DNA of 64,000 nucleotides from Giardia intestinalis (taxonomy: Eukaryota). Position 1 is the first letter of the stretch. Every line of letters starts with the position of its first letter. Shown piece after piece: positions 58,288-64,000 of this stretch. Where the stretch lies: assembly GCA_000002435.2 (NCBI GenBank), contig CM018793.1; one strand, given 5' to 3'. Under the pieces are notes generated by a model. It saw only the letters and a program-made list of their open reading frames with translations, searched no databases and had not been told where the DNA came from. The position numbers and the translations under genes were made by a program.

Positions 58288-59655
58288 TTATTTTCTAGCT
58301 AAATTTTGTATAGTGACCTTTCCATTGAGAGGACTCGTTCATAGCCCATTAAAAGCACAATATAAGAACTTCTTGGGTCAATAAGCAGTAGAATTCCATC
58401 TTGTAGCCTTTAAAACAGATATACCTCAAATACGCTCTATGTTAGTATTTAGAGCCAGATATTATAATATTATATCCTGGCACAAGAAATCCACCATGAC
58501 CGTTCCCAAGAGATGAATTGCAAGGTCACAACAATAAGTCTGTTAATAGAAACATAGGTAGATCAGCAGTAGGAGCCGTGATATAGTACTATGTAAAAGA
58601 CACTTGGTTAATGGTGACCATTGATGGCGCCATAAACAGGTGCTTCTAGCACTTAAAGAACGTCATCGTCTTGGTTGTAAGGGATATTGAGTTCTCGTAG
58701 CAGCAGCAACAACTCAGAAGCACGGACCCAATACAAAATTCATGAGAGATTTACTGCTTTACTTTCCCAACACATTATCGCCCATTAGTGCCCTTGTGGT
58801 CATTGATACGTAGCGCATAATATCTGCATCAGCACTCTGTGGATGAGGTAGCTGCTGCTGAGCGGGCACACCCAGAGCCACTGTCGCGTAAGATGCCAGC
58901 AAGATCCGCAGCTCCAGAGCACACTGCAATCTGGCGACTGATTTGGTCATGCCGCTCCTTTGTCCGCTGGAAACTCGGCCGGGAGCGACAGAGACCACGT
59001 CGGGAGAACCCAGTGGGAGGGGGTAGGCAGGGCTTCCTGCGCCACGAGGGGAGCCGCCGCAGGAGGACGCGCAGACACGCACGCCAGGCCACAGTAGACA
59101 CGCGGACGCCCCTGTAGACCGGGCCGGCAGCAGGCGTCCGCAGAATCCGCGCCAGAGCCAGCTGCTCAAAAAACTGGGCAGCCTCTGGTCGTGTGCAGGC
59201 CTTGCAGAGCACTGCGGCCCCCGACACTCGGCGACCCCTCTCAGAGCGGAAGACCCCGCGGGCCGCAGGCAGCAGCTCGTCGTCGGCGATGCCCCGAACG
59301 AGGGGGACGGCCCTAGCCTGCCCGCCTCCGCAGAGCTCCGGGCATCTGCAGACAAACCGGGGCTGCGCAGGGTGCGGCTCTCCCTGGCGGCCGAGGGCAG
59401 GGGTCCCCGGCAATACCAAAAAACTCCGATCAATACATCAGCCCCGGCGCCGCCGTGTGCAAAGCAGTCTGTTCTGTGTGGCGGCCTAAGCCAGCTCGTA
59501 CTGCAGCGATGGCCCGGGTGAGGGCGCCCTGCTCGCCCGACGGACCGGGGCAGGCAGGCAACAAACACCCGCTAAAGCTTTTATGCAAGGCCTGTACATA
59601 TTTAATTTCACATTATTCGTTGGTCTGTTTTTAGTTTTATCGCCGCTTCTATCGG

Positions 59656-60465
59656 ATGGGCTCTGGGGCAATGACGGCGGAGACGCGCGCCTCCGTTCTG
59701 CTCGAGCTCGCGAAGCAGGTCGTCGCTGCCCGGCGGCTGGAGGAGACGGCCGAGAGCCTCGCGCGGCGGCCGCTGCTCCTCCACCGGCACGTGCTCCGGA
59801 CGGCCATCGACTGGAAGAAGATCGCCCGCGCCCTGTCCGAGGACCGGAGCAGGATCTACCACTGGTACCGCGAGACGCACTCGCGGAGCATCCTCAACGT
59901 GAAGATGACCGGCGAGGACCGCAGGGCCATCAAGGCGATGATCATCGCCGGGGTCAGGGACCGGAGCATCCTGGGCCCGGACTTCTACCGCAGGGTCCAC
60001 GAGCGCTTCGGGGCGAAGTATCCGCGCCAGGAGCTGCGGATGACGTACAACAACGCGCTCCGCACCCAGGACGTCCGCGCCGCCCTGGAGGAGCACGGGG
60101 TGGTGCTGCCGCGCCGCACATACGGCCCGAGGGCGGCCAAGCAGGAGGAGGAGGCATCTCCTGTGGCGGCCACTCCCCCGCCCCCCTGCGTTTTTGGTTG
60201 CGCCGCGCCTCCGCTGGTGCCGCCCGTCGGGGGGCCGGTCTTTGTGGCCCCGGGCGCGGTCTCTGCGCTTCTGCCCCCGCACGCGCCGGGATGCCTCGTC
60301 CTCGCCCTCCCACCCGGGGTCGTTTCTGGGCCCGGCGTCCTCCCGCTCCAGACGGGCCAGGGTCTCCTTGGGCCGCCCGTTGCATTCGCATGCGTGCCAT
60401 GCTTCCCCCCTGCGGGCTACGGGGGCGTGCCTGGGTGCGCCGATACATACCCCAGCAAGGGCTGA
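59656..60465 (+). CDS. Hypothetical protein with Myb/SANT-like segment and Pro/Gly-rich C-terminal tail
   Basis: The 269-aa ORF is preceded by the only AT-rich tract in a GC-rich block (59585-59650). It carries a Trp-spaced helix-turn-helix-like segment (TAIDWKKIARALSEDRSRIYHWYRETH). Competing ORFs in the other frames are Arg/Gly/Pro low-complexity. Confidence 0.45.
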   Translation: MGSGAMTAETRASVLLELAKQVVAARRLEETAESLARRPLLLHRHVLRTAIDWKKIARALSEDRSRIYHWYRETHSRSILNVKMTGEDRRAIKAMIIAGVRDRSILGPDFYRRVHERFGAKYPRQELRMTYNNALRTQDVRAALEEHGVVLPRRTYGPRAAKQEEEASPVAATPPPPCVFGCAAPPLVPPVGGPVFVAPGAVSALLPPHAPGCLVLALPPGVVSGPGVLPLQTGQGLLGPPVAFACVPCFPPAGYGGVPGCADTYPSKG

Positions 60466-62458
60466 AGACTGGAGACCCCGGCTTGCTTGGTGGTTGGCGA
60501 AGAGTGGTCGGTAGGAGCAGCTAATAGTTGAAGTCCTGGTCAGTGGCGAGACAGTCATGCCTAGAGCGTGCAGCATGCTCAACCACGGCACAGCGCAGGG
60601 CCCACCAGACGTAGCTTACACATCGTTGAAGAGACCACACACAGCAGACGAAGGCAGGGCTCTCCCATGTGCCCAGACGACTCGAACACCGCGGTCTGGG
60701 CCAACGATCTACCAGACAGGCCCGTCCGGTAACAGGCGACTGAATGCTCTCTGGGCCGTGAGCTAGGGCTGATGCGCAGCTGGCCGGCCACGACATTCAC
60801 CCTGGCTGGCCCTCTGTCTTCACGCGCCGACACGCCAAGGAGCTGCAGGCCGGCTCTCGACACAGACCGATGCTTGTCTCCTTGTTAGCAGGCCATGAGT
60901 GGGAGAGTGGACGCGCTCTGTAAATGGCATGCTCGATCCGCTCGTTCGGTGAAGCTTTTATCAAGAAGAGATGCGATGATTGTCTCACCAGGCGTACTAT
61001 TGTCTGCGCACCTGTGCCTCAGATGCGGCCACCACGGCGCAGCTGCATCTCCGATCATCCTGGGCACACCTCCTGGCACGGGCAGGTGCGCCGGAGGGGT
61101 GTACTGCCCACCGCCGAGAAATGGATGAACTCCCTTACCCAGGAGCCGGCTGACCACTAGCCGTGCCCAGCAAACCCCAATAAGCAGGCCTGCTGAGCCA
61201 ACCCATCCAAGAAGCTGTGTATCCGGAAGAGCTTCGCGTCGAATGGCTCCTTGATTAAAGAAGCTGGCATCCAGCGCGGCATGACGACTATCCGCCTGGT
61301 GCTGATCTGTCTGCTGGGGAACACGCAGACGCCCTAAGCTCCGTGTGAGCCTATGTTCAAAGCGTCCTTCACTGGCAGGAGATTCAAGGAACTAGGCGTA
61401 GATAGGAAGAGCATTCCCCACTGGTGCCACGAAGTACCGGTATGCTACCTGGCTACACTAATGGCAGCGAAGAGCACGAGAAGGTCCCAGGGCCTCATCG
61501 AGCGGGTCTGCCCCTAGCAGGCCCAAGTAGACGCTCTCTCCAGCAGTGTACAAGAAGCCCGGGAGGGAGTGCTCAGGCTGGAGCTGCGGCGTTGCTGGTA
61601 CAGGCTGTCCTTACTGAGTGCATCCCTCAGCGTCCAATAAGTGGAAAAGTGACCGGAGCTGGGTGCGCCTGCCATAGGCATCTCTTGGCAATAACGTACA
61701 GGTATCGCTGCAATCTAGTGTGCATCCTCTAGTGCCCCACTTCCCCCTGTGGTCAGTGTATCTCTAGGGAAGGCAGGCCCTTTTGAAAAGGTATTGACCT
61801 GGGATCATGAAGGAGCGCGGGGCACTGCACTGGGTCTGTACACAGGCCAGAGGCCCGTAGCCGTTGGCCAGCAAGGTCCGGGTGCGATGGTCGAGTGTTC
61901 GTCCGTCAGAGCCCTCAGGATGGTGGCCAGAGGACAGGAGCGACGCCGGTCGGTTATCGACGCAGAACGTGCAAGGCCCCACAGGCGAGGAGCACAGAAG
62001 AACACAGGGAGCGTGGGGCCACTGGCAACCCGTAACTTTTTATATCTTGGCGGCCGGTCTCAACACTTCGTAGGTGCAGATATGAGAAGCTGGGCCGAGT
62101 GATCTGCTGGTGGAGGGACCGACACACACTTCCTCAAGGGTTCTGCCATGGGTGACGATGATGGTAGGCCGCACCACTGCAGGTTCGTCCCTTTGCACTG
62201 TAGCAGAGCCAAGGCATATCGGTCTACTGTTATGTGACGCCCTTTTTCAAGATAGGTTATGATTGTACAATCTGATTCAAGGTGTTATACTATTCTAATG
62301 AGGTCTTCATAACATGAAGCATTGCAAAAGTAATCCTTCAAATTCACCCTCAGAAATCAGCATATTTCTTACAGCTTAAGAAGTTTTCAACCACGCGTGA
62401 AACTATCGAGCGTGTAATTGTTTAGTTTATAGAAATTGAATTTACCAATTTAAACGCC

Positions 62459-64000
62459 ATGGCAAATCTCGTTCTGAACCCAGCCGGGGAGGCCAGGGCG
62501 CGCACGCAGTATCGCTGCTTCGAGTACCTGAGGCTCCTTGTAGCTGCGGCGGGGCACGCTTTCGACGCGTACGGACTCGGAGACAGCAACCGAGACCGCT
62601 ATCTCGGCGACTGCATCCAGCGCACAGACATCTTGGAGCTCGTCGTCTGTGCTGCAGGGTGCGCAGCAGCCGGGCCGTCCAGCGCGCCTCTGGATGCCGA
62701 TTCTCCCAAGATGGACTTGCACCTGCCAGAGGCCATGGGAGCTAGCGGAGCGGTCCTCCCAGCAGCGGACCCGGCAGAGGCCCACCGTCGCTACCAGAAC
62801 TACTGCACTGAGATGAACAGGGTGCATCCGGACCCGCTGCACCCCGCGCCCGAACTGGCGACCACGGAGACATACTTCAAGCTCGTCGATCACCTTTTCT
62901 CCTCTTTGGTCTATGTGGAGAAGCTCATGGGCACCCCGAAGATCGACTGGAACGCAGACCACTTCACCCTGGACTACAAGCCCTGTCCAGACGAGGTCAA
63001 GCTGGTCATCAACCTTGACGCAGAGGCCATTAGCGCCATGGACAACAATAAGGATCTTCAGAGTAAGCCAAACTGGTGCGCAAACAGGGTATGGTACGTC
63101 ATGATTTTGAGCTTCATTCTTGGCTTTTCACTGAGTCTTGTGGCTCTCACCATCCCATTTTACCTAACATACCTGGGGGCTAATGCATCTCAAACAGCGA
63201 ATCTACAATCCTTCTTCAACCTCACACAGCTGTTCTTCTGTCCGCTCTGGCTTTGGCTATCGGAGATAATTGGCCGCAGGCCAGTTTATATAGTTCTCTT
63301 TGCCGGATACGCGGTTACCACTGGATTGACTGGACTTGCACCGATCATCTTCCAAGCAAGAGACAATTCTAAGACACACTCTCAGGACCAAATCAACTAC
63401 ATCCTTGGAATGCGCTTCGCCACAGGTATTTTCGCGTATGCCATTCCTATTGGTTTTGTTACTGTTGCTGATCTCGCTAGCCCCCGCGCGCGTCCAATGG
63501 CCCTGATCGCAATCAATGTCATGACTTTAATTGGCACAGCAATAGCTTCTATAATAATTGCTTTTATCTTCACCATTGGAACCTATACAGGTGACAATGT
63601 GAAATCATTCCTTCATACATTCTATCTTGCAATTGCTCTGTTAGTGGCCGGCCTCGTTTTCTCCTGCTTCTTCAAGGAGTCTTCTGCAGGCGTTATAGCC
63701 CGCAAAGCTGCCAAGAAGATGGGCAAAACGGACTCCCAGGCATATAAGGCCAACGTAAGGCGGGATAGCTTCTGTGTGACATTCAAAGATATTCTGAAGA
63801 ACAAAGAGCTAATTCTGCTCTGGTTTGCATATGTCTTCCAGATCTTCTGTACTCAGCTTCCTGTTGCCACTAGGGGTTTCCTAGTTGCGAAGTTCTACGG
63901 GTTTACAAGTGCACAGGAAGCTAAGCAATTGAACGCTCTGTCAGATATCGTTGCGATCGCTATTACTGTCTGCTTTATACTTGGCTTGACCCGCATCATA
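62459..64000 (+). CDS. Major facilitator superfamily transporter with about 200-aa N-terminal cytosolic extension; 3' end beyond the window
   Basis: Manual translation from ATG at 62459 runs to the window end with no stop (at least 514 codons). The MFS signature LWLWLSEIIGRRPVYIV (G-x3-GRR between TM2 and TM3) is present with multiple TM helices. A 230-bp AT-rich promoter tract lies immediately upstream. Confidence 0.65.
   Translation, partial: MANLVLNPAGEARARTQYRCFEYLRLLVAAAGHAFDAYGLGDSNRDRYLGDCIQRTDILELVVCAAGCAAAGPSSAPLDADSPKMDLHLPEAMGASGAVLPAADPAEAHRRYQNYCTEMNRVHPDPLHPAPELATTETYFKLVDHLFSSLVYVEKLMGTPKIDWNADHFTLDYKPCPDEVKLVINLDAEAISAMDNNKDLQSKPNWCANRVWYVMILSFILGFSLSLVALTIPFYLTYLGANASQTANLQSFFNLTQLFFCPLWLWLSEIIGRRPVYIVLFAGYAVTTGLTGLAPIIFQARDNSKTHSQDQINYILGMRFATGIFAYAIPIGFVTVADLASPRARPMALIAINVMTLIGTAIASIIIAFIFTIGTYTGDNVKSFLHTFYLAIALLVAGLVFSCFFKESSAGVIARKAAKKMGKTDSQAYKANVRRDSFCVTFKDILKNKELILLWFAYVFQIFCTQLPVATRGFLVAKFYGFTSAQEAKQLNALSDIVAIAITVCFILGLTRII

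Noticed and set aside
58459-58470. Perfect 12-bp palindrome atattataatat upstream of the nicotinamidase gene
   Set aside because: Short AT palindromes are expected by chance in AT-rich promoter DNA. It is noted only as part of the upstream-region description.
58759-59568. 269-aa minus-strand ORF in the GC-rich region
   Set aside because: It is extremely Arg/Ser/Pro/Gly/Cys-rich with no domain pattern, as expected from random GC-rich sequence. It is kept only as part of the GC-rich-block finding.
59583-60591. Competing ORFs 59583..60524 (+) and 59608..60591 (-) in the GC-rich block
   Set aside because: Both are Arg/Gly/Pro low-complexity. The frame starting at 59656 has a structured N-terminal domain and its own AT-rich initiator tract, so it is preferred.
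58760-61200. Possibility that the GC-rich block is rDNA
   Set aside because: There is no resemblance to the Giardia SSU/LSU rRNA sequence character (extreme GCGC-rich, about 75% GC; no catccggtcgatcctgcc-type start). GC here is lower and ORF-like frames are present.
1-64000. tRNA genes
   Set aside because: I scanned by eye for T-arm consensus (GGTTCGANTCC and variants) and found none. This is not exhaustive, and a tRNAscan run would settle it.

Overview
The window reads as gene-dense, essentially intronless eukaryotic DNA, and I identify it as Giardia (diplomonad) chromosomal sequence. The decisive evidence is a variant-specific surface protein (VSP) gene at 5185..8451 (-). Its product carries a signal peptide, many CXXC motifs, a C-terminal transmembrane helix and the invariant tail ...CRGKA. 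An AGTRAAY-type polyadenylation signal lies 13 nt after the stop.

The same window holds two alpha-giardin (annexin-like) genes and at least five Nek-kinase/ankyrin-repeat (Protein 21.1-type) genes. I call about 38 CDS on both strands. Intergenic promoters are very short and AT-rich; several pairs of divergent genes have nominally overlapping start codons, and several convergent pairs overlap at their 3' ends.

Highlights, in window order:
- A VSP with about 20.7 perfectly identical 111-bp tandem repeats (37-aa Cys-rich modules).
- A Nek/ankyrin paralogue cluster in which all three kinase domains lack canonical catalytic residues.
- A Nek-ankyrin locus at 8668..10971 that looks disrupted, followed by a 1.8-kb GC-rich stretch with no long ORF.
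- A Yippee-like zinc-binding ORF whose 3' end (~85 bp) is duplicated 14 kb away.
- An LCAT-like lipase, an arrestin-N + RING fusion, ITPK1, and a bacterial-type LtaS/sulfatase-like 5-TM membrane protein.
- A GNAT acetyltransferase, mevalonate kinase, a tail-anchored C4C4-RING/TRAF zinc-finger protein, and an ankyrin-RING E3.
- A catalytically degenerate purple-acid-phosphatase-like membrane protein, a Sec1/Munc18 protein and RNA polymerase subunit AC40.
- A large beta-propeller + alpha-solenoid protein, an importin-beta, alpha-SNAP, a bromodomain protein and a MOP-like membrane protein.
- A bacterial-type nicotinamidase, then an unusually GC-rich block with little long-ORF content around a Myb/SANT-like gene, and a 3'-truncated MFS transporter.

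I found no rRNA, tRNA or CRISPR features. All functional calls come from motif recognition by eye; nothing was database-searched.
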